Origin: Terriglobia bacterium
GTDB lineage: Bacteria; Acidobacteriota; Terriglobia; 20CM-2-55-15
Assembly: GCA_965218585.1 (NCBI GenBank)
Contig: CBDCLE010000022.1
Coordinates: 64,001-128,000, forward strand
Direction: 5' to 3'
Length of the DNA: 64,000 nucleotides
Positions 1 to 10,556 of the stretch are shown piece by piece. The notes beneath the pieces are model-generated. The model searched no databases and was not told where the DNA came from. It saw nothing but the letters and a program-made list of their open reading frames with translations. Position numbers and translations under genes: made by a program. Numbering within the stretch: the first letter of the stretch is position 1; each line of letters begins with the position of its first letter.

Positions 1-872
1 CGGCGGGCTGTGGCCGGTGCCAGCCCCAGCAGCGCCCGGATGGCGTTGCTGGTCCGGCTGCGCGCCCGAAGCTCCAGGACCTGTCCCAGCAGGACGAGAA
101 CGGTTATCGAGGCGGCAGCCTCGAAGTAAACCAGCACTTCCCCGTCACTCCCTCTGAAGGAAGCCGGGAACATGCCCGGAACAACCGTCGCCAGAGCGCT
201 GTAGGCATATGCAGTCCCGGTCCCGATCCCGATCAGCGTGAACATATTGAGATTTCGTGTTCGGACCGACACCCATGCGCGCCGAAAGAAGGGCCATCCA
301 CCCCAGAGGACGACCGGAGTCGCCAGCAACAACTGGACCCAATTGAGTGTGAGTGCGGAGATCGCTGAAATCGGATTGCCCCCGATCATGTGTGTCATCG
401 CCAGAAACAGCAGGGGAACCGTCAGCGCGAGACCGAACTTGAACCGGCACTCCATGTCCTCGAGTTCCGGATTGGGTTCTTCCAGAGAAACGGTTCGGGC
501 TTCGAGCGCCATACCGCATTTCGGGCACGCACCGGGTACGGCCTGGATAACCTCCGGGTGCATCGGACATGTGTATTCAACCCTGGGCGGGGCAAAATCC
601 AATTCCAGCGGCTCGAGTGCCATGCCGCATTTGGGACACGGTCCCGGACCCTGCTGCCGGACTTCCGGATCCATCGGGCAGGTGTAGATCGCCTTCGAAT
701 CCGCCGGGGAAGGTGATTTCGGGATGGGTTTCCGCTTGAGGTAGGTCTCGGGCGCGTCCAGGAACCGATCTCCGCAGTGAGTGGAGCAGAAATAATAAAC
801 GGTCCCGGCGTGTGCGTGCTTGGCAGCGGCGGAGAGCTCGTCGACCTGCATGTTGCAGACAGGGTCTTTCAC
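1..872 (-). CDS. Heavy-metal (Cu+) translocating P1B-type ATPase, 5' part (runs off left edge)
   Basis: Hand translation from GTG 872: [15 protein letters not shown] (YHS-like), two YTCPMx[10 protein letters not shown] metal-binding repeats, then NLNMFTLIG and [23 protein letters not shown]. Not in the ORF track because it has no stop inside the window. Confidence 0.9.
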   Translation of the reverse strand, partial: MKDPVCNMQVDELSAAAKHAHAGTVYYFCSTHCGDRFLDAPETYLKRKPIPKSPSPADSKAIYTCPMDPEVRQQGPGPCPKCGMALEPLELDFAPPRVEYTCPMHPEVIQAVPGACPKCGMALEARTVSLEEPNPELEDMECRFKFGLALTVPLLFLAMTHMIGGNPISAISALTLNWVQLLLATPVVLWGGWPFFRRAWVSVRTRNLNMFTLIGIGTGTAYAYSALATVVPGMFPASFRGSDGEVLVYFEAAASITVLVLLGQVLELRARSRTSNAIRALLGLAPATAR

Positions 873-953
873 ATCTCTATCTTAACCTGTAAACAGACGG
901 TCTCTTGGCCCGGACAGAGCGACCACAATAGGCCCAAGCGGACCTCCAAAAAC

Positions 954-977
954 CTCCGCGTCTTTGCGCCTTTGCGG
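954..977. repeat. 3x8-mer intergenic repeat (CTCCGCGT CTTTGCGC CTTTGCGG)
   Basis: Same 8-nt periodic unit (CTYYGYGY-like) recurs at 7445, 7504, 14509, 31599, 54245 and 54373. Confidence 0.55.
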
Positions 978-996
978 TTCATCCCTTCGGATTTCA

Positions 997-3686
997 CTAC
1001 GATTGCATCTGCCTGAGGACGTACTGGAGGATGCCGCCGTTCCGGAAGTAGTCGATTTCGACCGGTGTGTCGAGGCGGGCAACGACCTGAAAGTGGGTGT
1101 CTGCTCCGTTTTCACCTATCGCGTGCACATCGAGGCGCTTGCCGGGGGCGATGTCATCGGCGATGCCCGTGATCGTGAATTCTTCGAAACCGGTCAGGCC
1201 AAGGCTGGCCCTGCCTTCACCGTCGGAAAACTGCAGCGGAAGGACGCCCATGCCAACCAGGTTACTGCGGTGGATGCGCTCGTAACTTTCCGCCATCACC
1301 GCGCGCACGCCCAGCAGCCGGGTGCCCTTGGCTGCCCAGTCCCGCGAGGATCCGGACCCGTATTCCTTGCCCGCGATAACGACCAGCGGCGTACCCGTGT
1401 CCTTGTACTTCATCGCCGCATCGTAGATAGATGTTTGTTCCTTGCCGGGTAGATGGAGCGTCCAGCCCCCCTCGGTGTCGGGAGCCATTTGATTTCGCAG
1501 ACGAATATTTCCAAACGTGCCGCGCATCATCACTTCGTGGTTTCCTCGACGAGACCCGTACGAATTGAAATCCTTCGGATCTACGCCGTTCGAAGTCAGA
1601 TACTCGGCCGTGGGACTGTCTGCGGGTATCGCCCCTGCAGGGGAGATGTGGTCCGTGGTTACCGAATCGCCCAGAACAGCCAGCACCCGTGCCCCACTGA
1701 TGTCTTCAACCTGGGGGACTCGAGGCCCCATGCCCTGGAAGAAGGGAGGTCGCTTTACATAGGTCGAAGCCTCGTCCCACTCGTATATGTCTCCTCCCGG
1801 TACGTCCAGTGCATTCCAGCGTTCATCACCCGCCAGTGATTCTTCATATGCATGAAGGAACATGTCCGGTTTGAGCGTCTGGTTGACGGTGCTGGCGATT
1901 TCTTCGGTGTCGGGCCAGATGTCCTTCAGATACACGGGTTGACCGTCACTACCCGTCCCAAGAGGGTCGTTGACGAGATCAATGTTCATGTTTCCAGCGA
2001 TCGCGTAGGCGACGACCAGGGGCGGAGAGGCGAGGTAGTTGGTCCTGACCAGCGGGCTGATCCGTCCTTCGAAATTCCGGTTACCGCTCAGGACCGACGA
2101 GACGACCAGATCGCTTTCTTTGATCCCGTCCGCGATGGGTTCGGGCAGCGGCCCGCTGTTGCCAATACAGGTCGTGCAGCCATAGCCGACAAGATGGAAA
2201 CGGAGGGCTTCCAGAGGTTCCAGTAAACCCGCTTCCCGGAGGTAATCGGTCACCACGCGGGAGCCGGGTGCCAGGCTCGTCTTCACCCATGGACTTGCCG
2301 AGAGTCCGCGCCCGACTGCGTTTCGGGCCAGAAGACCCGCTGCGACCATCACCGAAGGGTTGGACGTGTTTGTGCAGCTCGTGATCGCGGCGATCACAAC
2401 AGAACCATGGCCGATTTCGAATTGATCCTTCCCGACCTGGACAGGCACGGCCCGTTCGAGGCTCGACGGATCCGCCTGTCCGTTTCCCAGCATCGACACG
2501 AGTGTCTTTTGGAACGACTCCTTGGATTCACCCAGGGGAATGCGATCCTGAGGCCTCTTGGGTCCCGAGATGCTGGGTTCGACTGTGCCCAGATCCAGTT
2601 CCACTCTGTCGCCGAACAACGGTTCCGGGCCATCCGCGGTCTGGAACAATCCCTGAGCTTTTGTATAGGCCTCGGCCCGGGCGATGGCTTCGGGAGACCT
2701 TCCCGTCAGCTTCATGTAGTTGAGAGTTTCGGAGTCGACAGGAAAGAATCCGATCGTCGCGCCGTATTCCGGGGCCATGTTAGAGATCGTTGCACGATCG
2801 GCGAGCGAAAGGTTTCCGATGCCGGGACCGTAAAACTCGACGAACTTGCCGACGACGCCTTTTTCGCGGAGCATCTGGACGACTCGCAGGACGGCATCGG
2901 TTGCGGTGGCCCCCTCCGGGAGCACCCCATCCAGCCGGAAGCCCACCACCTCGGGAATCAGCATGGATATGGGACACCCGAGCATAGCTCCTTCGGCTTC
3001 GATTCCGCCGACACCCCAGCCCACGATACCCATCGCGTTGATCATCGTCGTATGCGAATCCGTTCCTACCAGCGTGTCGGATAAAGGACCGCCTCTCCGT
3101 TCTCCTTCTCCAGGAACACGACATGAGCGAGGTACTCCAGGTTGATCTGATGGACGATGCCGGTGTCGGGGGGCACGACCCGGAAGTTCTTGAAAGCGCT
3201 CTGTCCCCATTTAAGAAAGAGGTATCGTTCGCGATTGCGTTCCAGTTCGCGTTCGGCATTGAACCCGAACGCCGATTTCGTTCCGAACTGATCCACCTGG
3301 ACCGAGTGATCGATGACCAGGTCCACGGGTTGCAGTGGGTTGATCTGATCGGGATCACCCCCCATTTCCTTGACGACGTCACGCATAGTGGCCAGATCGA
3401 CAACAGCGGGAACCCCCGTGAAGTCCTGCATCAGTACCCGGGCGGGGCGGAAAGCGATTTCCTTTTCTGTTCTGGAGCCGACAGAGGAAACCAGGGCACG
3501 AATATCGTCGGCCGAGACCGAGGCGTTGTCTTCATGCCGCAGCAGGTTTTCGAGCATGACCTTTAGAGAAAAGGGCAGTCGCGATACGCCGCTGATGCCT
3601 GACTTTTCGAGAGCCTCAAGCGAAAAGTACCGAAAGGATTCCCTGCCCAGTTCGAGTGTGGAGCGTGAACCAAAGCTATCTTGCAT
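997..3686 (-). CDS. acnA: Aconitate hydratase A (one frameshift near 3078)
   Basis: ORF 3066..3686 ([25 protein letters not shown]) joins ORF 997..3210 ([35 protein letters not shown]) at VLYP/DTLVG by adding one base. Confidence 0.95.
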
Positions 3687-3827
3687 CGTCGTGACGTGTC
3701 TCCTCCAGGGAAAATTGGGGTTTCCAAACCCCCATTATAGGCGAATTTGGGGGCACTCCCCATGCTAAGCTGTACCGCGGGTTACGCGGAATCAGCCGTG
3801 AAACCGCGTAACGCGATCCTCGTAACC

Positions 3828-4349
3828 ATGTCATTACACGAATACAACGGGATAACGCCGAAGCTGGGAGCGCGCGTATTTATCGCAGAAGGCGCCCGAG
3901 TTATCGGTGACGTTGAAATTGGAGACGATTCCAGCATCTGGTTCAACACAATCGTCCGGGGTGACGTGAACCACATTCGAATCGGCCATCACACGAACAT
4001 CCAGGACGCTTCCATCTGTCACGTTCAGCGAAACCTCTACCCCTGCATCGTGGGCGACCATGTGACGGTGGGGCATGGCGTGATCCTGCACGGCTGCCAG
4101 GTAGAGTCGCACTGTCTGATCGGGATGCGGTCCACGCTCCTGAACAACGTGCATGTGGGTTCGGAATCGATCATAGCTGCGGGAGCCCTGATCACGGAGG
4201 GGACACTCATCCCTCCGCGCAGCCTGGTCATGGGCATGCCGGGCAAGGTCAAGAGGGAAGTGACCGAAGAAGAGATAGCGAGGATCCACGGTTCCGCCAA
4301 GCACTATTCCAATTTCAAGGACACTTATTTAGTAGCAAGTGATGAGTGA
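3828..4349 (+). CDS. Gamma carbonic anhydrase family / hexapeptide-repeat protein (YrdA-like)
   Basis: IGDVEIGDDSSIW..RGDVN.IRIG..TNIQD..H, VTVGHGVILHGC; ATG at 3828. Confidence 0.9.
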   Translation: MSLHEYNGITPKLGARVFIAEGARVIGDVEIGDDSSIWFNTIVRGDVNHIRIGHHTNIQDASICHVQRNLYPCIVGDHVTVGHGVILHGCQVESHCLIGMRSTLLNNVHVGSESIIAAGALITEGTLIPPRSLVMGMPGKVKREVTEEEIARIHGSAKHYSNFKDTYLVASDE

Positions 4350-4382
4350 CGAGCCCTCCGTGCTGGCCACTATTCAACGGAC

Positions 4383-5664
4383 ATGATTCGAGCCGCCCGC
4401 GGTACATACGACATCCTCCCGGCAGACTCCGGCCTCTGGCACGCCATCGAGAGCCGGATGCGAGAAGTCCTGGAGGCGTACGCCTTCCACGAAATCCGCA
4501 CACCGATATTCGAGGCAACCGAACTCTTCGTCAGGAGCGTGGGCGCCGATACCGACATCGTTGCCAAAGAGATGTACACCTTTATCGACCGTGATGAAAC
4601 CACATCTCTGACGCTGAGGCCGGAAGGGACGGCCCCCGTCGTACGCTCGTTCATCGAGAACCACCTGTCTGACGAGTCCCGGATGGCCAAGCTTTTCTAC
4701 ATGGGCCCGATGTTCCGGCGGGAGCGACCACAGAAAGGCCGGTTCCGTCAATTTTATCAGGCGGGTGCTGAAGTCTTCTCGTTGACCGACAATCCAGCCA
4801 TCGAAGCAGAAGTCGTCGAAATGTTGATGTTGCTGTTCGAAAAGCTCGGTGTCAGCAATCTTGAACTGCTCGTGAACTCGATCGGCTGCCGGGAATGCCG
4901 ACCCCCATTCGTTGAGCGCCTCAAAGGAGAAATCGAGGAGCGCTCTTCGAGGCTTTGCGTGGACTGCCGCCGCCGCGCGGAAACCAATCCATTGCGTGTC
5001 TTCGATTGCAAGGTCCCTTCATGCCAGGAGCCGATCGCGGAACTACCGACTATCACGGACAGTCTCTGCGAGACGTGCCGCGATCATTTCGAAAAAGTTT
5101 CGCGGCTATCTGGACGACCGAAAAATCGAATACCGGGTAGAGAAGGGCCTGGTCCGTGGTTTGGACTACTACATGAGGACGACGTTGGAGATCGTGTCGA
5201 GCGAGCTCGGAGCTCAGGATACTCTCGTTGGCGGCGGCCGTTACGATGGCCTCTTCGAAGACCTGGATGGTCCGCCGATGAAGGGTTTTGGTTTTGCCAT
5301 GGGGCTGGAACGGCTGATCCTTTCGATACCGGAGCCGGAAAAACTGCTTTCGGGACCTGGTCCGGACTATTTTCTGGCTACGATAGCCGACGAAGCCTTC
5401 AACTATGCCACGCTGCTGGCACAGAAATTGCGTGCCGGGAAACGTGTCGTTTACCTCGACTTCGATCCTCGAAGCCTGAAGAGTCAGATGCGACTGGCAG
5501 GAAAACTCGCGGCCAGGAACGTCGTGATTCTGGGCGAAGACGAGGTCCGCTCTGGCAAACTAACCGTTCGGGATATGGACAGCAGGGAACAGCAAGAAAT
5601 GACGGAGGAAGAATTCCTCCAGGCAGCCCGAGCCCATGAAGTCGGTCCGGATCAGATGCCATGA
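4383..5664 (+). CDS. hisS: Histidyl-tRNA synthetase (one frameshift in A-run 5092-5096)
   Basis: RGTYD, LRPEGTA, FRRERPQKGRFRQF in ORF 4383; LVRGLDYY, GGGRYDGL, GFAMGLER in ORF 4912; ATGA overlap with aspS. Confidence 0.95.
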
Positions 5665-7427
5665 GTACAGATTTCGCGCGAACGCACAGCTGTAGCGAGT
5701 TGACATCTGCCGAGGAAGGCACAGAAGTGGCATTGGCCGGCTGGGTGGATCGGCGGCGAGATCATGGCCAGCTTGTTTTCATTGATTTGAGAGACCGCGA
5801 GGGGATCACGCAGATTGTTTTCAACCCGGAGCGTGACGCCGATGCCTACCGCTCGGCGAAGGACCTCCGGTCTGAGTTCGTCATCGGCGTGAGGGGAAAG
5901 GTTCGCCGGCGTGACGACGACATGATCAACCCGAATCTGAAAACGGGCGAAATCGAGGTCGCCGCCGAGTCCGTCGTCGTTTTCAACCAGGCTCGGACCG
6001 TGCCGTTCCCGATCGAAGATGAGATAACGACTTCCGAAGATCTGAGGTTGAAATACCGCTATCTGGATCTGCGCCGCTCGTCCGTGCAGCAGAATTTTAA
6101 GCTGCGTCATCGAGTGTTGATGGCGATTCGCAACTACATGAGCAACGCGGGATTCTGGGAAGTGGAGACGCCGTACCTGACCAAGTCCACGCCCGAGGGC
6201 GCCCGCGACTATCTGGTGCCGAGCCGGCTCTACAATGGCCAGTTCTACGCCTTGCCCCAGTCGCCGCAGCTGTTCAAGCAGCTCCTGATGATATCCGGAT
6301 TCGAAAAGTACTTTCAGGTGGTGCGCTGTTTCCGTGACGAGGATCTCCGTGCCGACCGGCAGCCCGAATTTACTCAACTGGACGTCGAACTTTCATTTCC
6401 CGAACAGGAGGCTTTCTTTTCCCTCGTGGAGGGTCTGATGGCTGAGGTCTTTCGGGGTGAAGGTATCGAGGTTGGGTTGCCGTTTGCCCGAATGAGCTAC
6501 GAAGAAGCGATGGACCGCTACGGCAGCGATAAACCGGATACACGTTTCGGCGTCGAACTCCAGGATCTCAGTTCTATCTTTGCCCAAGGCGAAGAGTCGT
6601 TGTTTAAGGGAATCGTCGAGAAGGGGCAGACCGTGCGGGGTTTCCTTGCGCCAGTGGCCTATTCACGGAAGATCCTGGACGAACTCGACGCTTTTATCAA
6701 GCAGCTGGGCGGAGCAGGTATCGCATGGGTGGAGGCGACCGAGGCGGATCCTCGGACCCTCCCTGTGTTGAAGAAGGCCGGTGCCGAGGCCATTCGAAAA
6801 CTCATCCGTGAGACCGGAGCAAGTCGGGGACAGACGATCTTCATGCTCGCCGGGGAAAGGATCGCAACGCTGGAAAAGCTGGGGATGCTCAGGCTCGAAC
6901 TTGCCCGGAGGGAAGGCTGGATCGGGGAAGGTCTCTGGAATTTTCTCTGGGTCGTCGATTTCCCGCTTTTTGAATACGACGAAGGCGAGAAGCGATGGGC
7001 TTCGCGCCACCATCCTTTTACGGCACCCGTGGATGAGGATCTCTCGATTCTTGAAAGCGATCCGGGCCGCGTGCGCGCCCGCGCCTACGACCTTGTCCTG
7101 AACGGCGTGGAATGTGCCGGGGGATCGGTTAGGATCCACCGGAGTGATCTGCAGTCGCAGGTATTCCGTGCACTGGGTCTGGGTGATGAAGAGGCCAATG
7201 AAAAATTCGGATTCTTCCTCGAGGCGCTCGAATATGGCACGCCTCCGCATGGCGGCATCGCCTTCGGCCTCGACCGTATCGTCATGCTGCTAGCGGGAGG
7301 CACATCCCTGAGGGATGTCATAGCCTTCCCGAAGACCGCACGTGCCATCGACATGATGTCCGGTTCGCCCTCGCCTGTTGATGACGGGCAGCTAAAGGAA
7401 TTAGGGCTCCGTATCCGAAAGAAGTGA
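5661..7427 (+). CDS. aspS: Aspartyl-tRNA synthetase
   Basis: RTHSC, RLKYRYLDLRR, TPEGARDYLVPSR, LPQSPQLFKQLLM, PPHGGIAFGLDR. Confidence 0.97.
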   Translation: MSTDFARTHSCSELTSAEEGTEVALAGWVDRRRDHGQLVFIDLRDREGITQIVFNPERDADAYRSAKDLRSEFVIGVRGKVRRRDDDMINPNLKTGEIEVAAESVVVFNQARTVPFPIEDEITTSEDLRLKYRYLDLRRSSVQQNFKLRHRVLMAIRNYMSNAGFWEVETPYLTKSTPEGARDYLVPSRLYNGQFYALPQSPQLFKQLLMISGFEKYFQVVRCFRDEDLRADRQPEFTQLDVELSFPEQEAFFSLVEGLMAEVFRGEGIEVGLPFARMSYEEAMDRYGSDKPDTRFGVELQDLSSIFAQGEESLFKGIVEKGQTVRGFLAPVAYSRKILDELDAFIKQLGGAGIAWVEATEADPRTLPVLKKAGAEAIRKLIRETGASRGQTIFMLAGERIATLEKLGMLRLELARREGWIGEGLWNFLWVVDFPLFEYDEGEKRWASRHHPFTAPVDEDLSILESDPGRVRARAYDLVLNGVECAGGSVRIHRSDLQSQVFRALGLGDEEANEKFGFFLEALEYGTPPHGGIAFGLDRIVMLLAGGTSLRDVIAFPKTARAIDMMSGSPSPVDDGQLKELGLRIRKK

Positions 7428-7444
7428 TCCGACCCAGACAAGCA

Positions 7445-7527
7445 CCACAGAGACACGGAGACAAAGAGAGAATCCTCCCTTGTTCTTGGAGGCGCAATTT
7501 TTTCTCGGTGCCTCTCGGCCTCTGTGG
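7445..7527. repeat. Inverted pair of 3x8-mer repeats between aspS and mutL
   Basis: CCACAGAG ACACGGAG ACAAAGAG (7445-7468) faces CTCGGTGC CTCTCGGC CTCTGTGG (7504-7527). Confidence 0.65.
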
Positions 7528-7545
7528 TTAGAGAATTCCAAGAAC

Positions 7546-9357
7546 ATGTCGAAGATCTCAGTTCTACCCGATCCCGTAGCCAATCAGATTGCCGCAGGCG
7601 AAGTTGTCGAGAGACCCTCGTCGATCGTCAAGGAGTTGATAGAGAACGCGATCGATGCCGGAGCGAAGAAGATCGCCGTAGAAGTGCGTGGTGGAGGGCG
7701 GGCCTGGATCCAGGTGATCGACGACGGCGAGGGAATGACCCCCGAAGACGCCGAGCTTTCCTTCCAGCGGCATGCCACCAGCAAGCTCGCCGATGCCGAT
7801 GATCTCTTTTCGATTCGGACGTTGGGATTTCGGGGTGAGGCATTGCCGTCGATCGGGTCTGTGGCGCGGGTTCGCCTGGAGACCCAGACCCGGGACCAAT
7901 CTGTAGGTATGTCCCTAGAAATCGCGGCCGGCGAGGTGATCTCCCTCAGTGAAGGCGCGTTTCCTCCTGGAACCCAAGTGACGGTCGAAGACGTTTTCTA
8001 CAACGTACCGGCGAGACGCAAGTTTCTGAAGTCGGAATCCTACGAATTGAGTCAGATCACGGCCCACTGCACGCGTTATGCGCTGGCCTTTCCCGCGATT
8101 CACTTCGTCTTGAAGAGTGGAAAGTTCGAAGTGTTGTCCGCGCCTCCGGCTTCGGATTTTCGCGAGCGCATCTTTCAAGTGTTCGGCCGCGACTTGCTCG
8201 ACGAACTTGTCGAGTTCGAAAAGGAGTTTCCGGCTTCGGGCCTCAAGGTGCATGTATTCACGTCCAGGCCTCATGTGCAGAAGTACAACCGGAACTCGAT
8301 GTTTTTCTTTGTGAACGGACGTGCGGTTCGGGAGCCGGCGATTCTTCATGCGTACACCGAGGCGTATCGCACCATCCTTCCCTCGGGCACTTTCCCGGTC
8401 ACTATTCTTTATGTTGTCGCTCGGCATCGCGACGTGGACGTCAACGTCCACCCGGCCAAGACCGAGGTCCGGTTCCGTCAGCGGTCTGCGGTCCATGACG
8501 CTATCCGTGATTCGGTTCTCGAAGCGCTACGTTCGGACAAGACGATTGTTCCGATGAACTCGGATGAAGCTCCATCCTCAGGCTATTCAGCTCCCCGACT
8601 ACGCAGCCGCGTTCCCGATTCGTGGATCGGCGGCCCGATTGCCAGAGAGTCGGGATCCAGCACGCCGGCGGCGCTCGACTACTCCGAAAGTCGCGCTCTG
8701 GATCTCAACTTCGAGGAAGCCCAGGCAGTCATTGGCTCCGGACAGGCTTCAGAGAGCGTTACTCCGGACTTCGAGTTCGTCAAAAGAGAGATTCAACCGC
8801 TTGGGCAATTGAAGGACAGTTTCATCGTTGCGAGTGACAGTAGTGGTCTGATCGTGATTGACCAGCACGTGGCTCACGAACGGGTCCTGTTTGAAAACTA
8901 CGTACGGGAGCGGGGTGAAAGCCGGCTTGAGGTCCAGCGCCTTCTGACACCGATACTGCTGGAGCTTTCGCCCGAGCAGGAAGTGCTTCTCGAGAGCGTT
9001 CGCGCCGAGCTCGCGCGCAACGGATTCGAGTTGGAACCGTTCGGGCCAAGGACCGTGACTGTCACCACGGCGCCTGCGATTCTGAAAGCGGGAGCGGTCG
9101 AGAAGCTGCTTCGCGAGCTCATTGACGGTCTCGATCGGGAAAGTCAAGGTATTAATATCGACAGCTTCCAGAAAAAAATTGCGGCTACAGTCGCGTGTCA
9201 TGCCGCAATCAAGATTAACAATCCGCTGGATAGTGTTAAGATGCGGTGGCTGGTCGGGGAGCTTATGAAGACAGACTGTCCCACAGTGTGTCCTCATGGA
9301 CGCCCGATCATCATACGTTACGATCTCAGAGAGATTCAGAAGGCGTTTAAAAGGTGA
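7546..9357 (+). CDS. mutL: DNA mismatch repair endonuclease MutL
   Basis: NQIAAGEVVERP, GFRGEAL, DVNVHPAK, endonuclease motif DQHVAHER, ACHAA, CPHGRP. Confidence 0.97.
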   Translation: MSKISVLPDPVANQIAAGEVVERPSSIVKELIENAIDAGAKKIAVEVRGGGRAWIQVIDDGEGMTPEDAELSFQRHATSKLADADDLFSIRTLGFRGEALPSIGSVARVRLETQTRDQSVGMSLEIAAGEVISLSEGAFPPGTQVTVEDVFYNVPARRKFLKSESYELSQITAHCTRYALAFPAIHFVLKSGKFEVLSAPPASDFRERIFQVFGRDLLDELVEFEKEFPASGLKVHVFTSRPHVQKYNRNSMFFFVNGRAVREPAILHAYTEAYRTILPSGTFPVTILYVVARHRDVDVNVHPAKTEVRFRQRSAVHDAIRDSVLEALRSDKTIVPMNSDEAPSSGYSAPRLRSRVPDSWIGGPIARESGSSTPAALDYSESRALDLNFEEAQAVIGSGQASESVTPDFEFVKREIQPLGQLKDSFIVASDSSGLIVIDQHVAHERVLFENYVRERGESRLEVQRLLTPILLELSPEQEVLLESVRAELARNGFELEPFGPRTVTVTTAPAILKAGAVEKLLRELIDGLDRESQGINIDSFQKKIAATVACHAAIKINNPLDSVKMRWLVGELMKTDCPTVCPHGRPIIIRYDLREIQKAFKR

Positions 9358-9397
9358 CAGAAGCCTCCGGACGGCTTAAAACCGGCGTTTTCAGGAG

Positions 9398-9426
9398 TTG
9401 ACTTGACTCCCTGGCCCGGCGAGAAT
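9398..9426 (+). promoter_or_regulatory. Candidate sigma70 promoter of HU gene
   Basis: TTGACT-17 nt-GAGAAT about 55 nt before the AGGAGG-preceded ATG 9481. Confidence 0.4.
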
Positions 9427-9480
9427 CGAAGAGTCATTTATTGTTTAGCAGTCTCGACACTTTCACTAGGAGGACCCGGT

Positions 9481-9798
9481 ATGGCAGGTAAGATGACGCA
9501 GACCCAGATAATCGCCGCACTGGCGGAGAAGGCGAATGTTGCCAAGAAGGACGCTAAGGAGTTCCTTCTCTCCGTAGCGGACCTTGCTCATAAGGAAACG
9601 AAGAAGAACGGCGAGTTCACGGTGCCCGGCCTCGGGAAACTCGTAAAGCAGAAAAGAAAGGCCCGCACGGGACGCAATCCTGCGACCGGAGAGCCTATCA
9701 AGATTCCTGCTAAAACCGTCCTGAAATTCCGGATCGCCAAGGCCGCGAAAGATGCGGTTCTGGGTGCGGCAGCTTCGAAGAAAAAGAAAAAGAGGTAA
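9481..9798 (+). CDS. HU family DNA-binding protein with basic C-terminal tail
   Basis: GEFTVPGLGKL..RKARTGRNPATGEPIKIPAK; AGGAGG RBS. Confidence 0.93.
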   Translation: MAGKMTQTQIIAALAEKANVAKKDAKEFLLSVADLAHKETKKNGEFTVPGLGKLVKQKRKARTGRNPATGEPIKIPAKTVLKFRIAKAAKDAVLGAAASKKKKKR

Positions 9799-9820
9799 GC
9801 CTTATTAAGACCGGTTTGTG

Positions 9821-9855
9821 GGGGCTCGTGAGCTGTACGGGCCCCTATTTCTTTT
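9821..9855 (+). terminator. Rho-independent terminator after HU
   Basis: GGGGCTCGT/ACGGGCCCC stem followed by TATTTCTTTT. Confidence 0.6.
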
Positions 9856-9879
9856 GCCCGAACTGCCTCGCCGCAAGCT

Positions 9880-10347
9880 CTACGCCGCTGTTTGAGGCGT
9901 CTCCACATGGCGAGCTGGGATCAGAGTTCCCATCGTCCATCCGATTACGGCCACTCCAATTCCGAACACGCAGTTGGATACGACGCCTCCGGCACGGATC
10001 GCCATAGCGGTCATGAAATCGACCGGGGCCTCCTGATTGAGGGCAATCGGGTCGTTGAAATGGGTTCCGCCGATCGGATAGGAGACGATCGTTCCGATGA
10101 TGATCAGAACCTGGGCCACCAGAACGATCATCAGTGCCACCTGGATTGCGCCGCCGATGCCATAGCCCTTGTATACCCGGCCGAACGCAGGCCATATCAG
10201 GGCGAGATGGACCTCCAGCGTGACCATCGAGAACACTTGGATGCCGGTCTGATAAGAGGCGCCGGTTACGCTCAGGATCAGTTTCCCCAGGAAGAAAATC
10301 AGGAGCAACAATGCAGGAAGGGTGATGAACTGCGCTTTTTCTTTCAT
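9880..10347 (-). CDS. Hypothetical membrane protein (~4 TM)
   Basis: GAGG RBS before MKEKAQ; four hydrophobic stretches. Confidence 0.7.
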   Translation of the reverse strand: MKEKAQFITLPALLLLIFFLGKLILSVTGASYQTGIQVFSMVTLEVHLALIWPAFGRVYKGYGIGGAIQVALMIVLVAQVLIIIGTIVSYPIGGTHFNDPIALNQEAPVDFMTAMAIRAGGVVSNCVFGIGVAVIGWTMGTLIPARHVETPQTAA

Positions 10348-10556
10348 GGTTTTCCTCGTTGGACAGGGTATCAGCAACCCTGCGCCCCCTCAAATTACGG
10401 GTCAACGCACTGATTTGCATCTGAGGTGTTCTGATGGGGCGTAGAGAAGACAGTCGAGGTGTCTATCGCGACGAATCGGGGGGACGAATGGCGGCGGGCC
10501 TGATACCGAGTCCTTGGAAGGCCAGGGTCCAGGTTTTTCGATTATCTCCGTCTAAC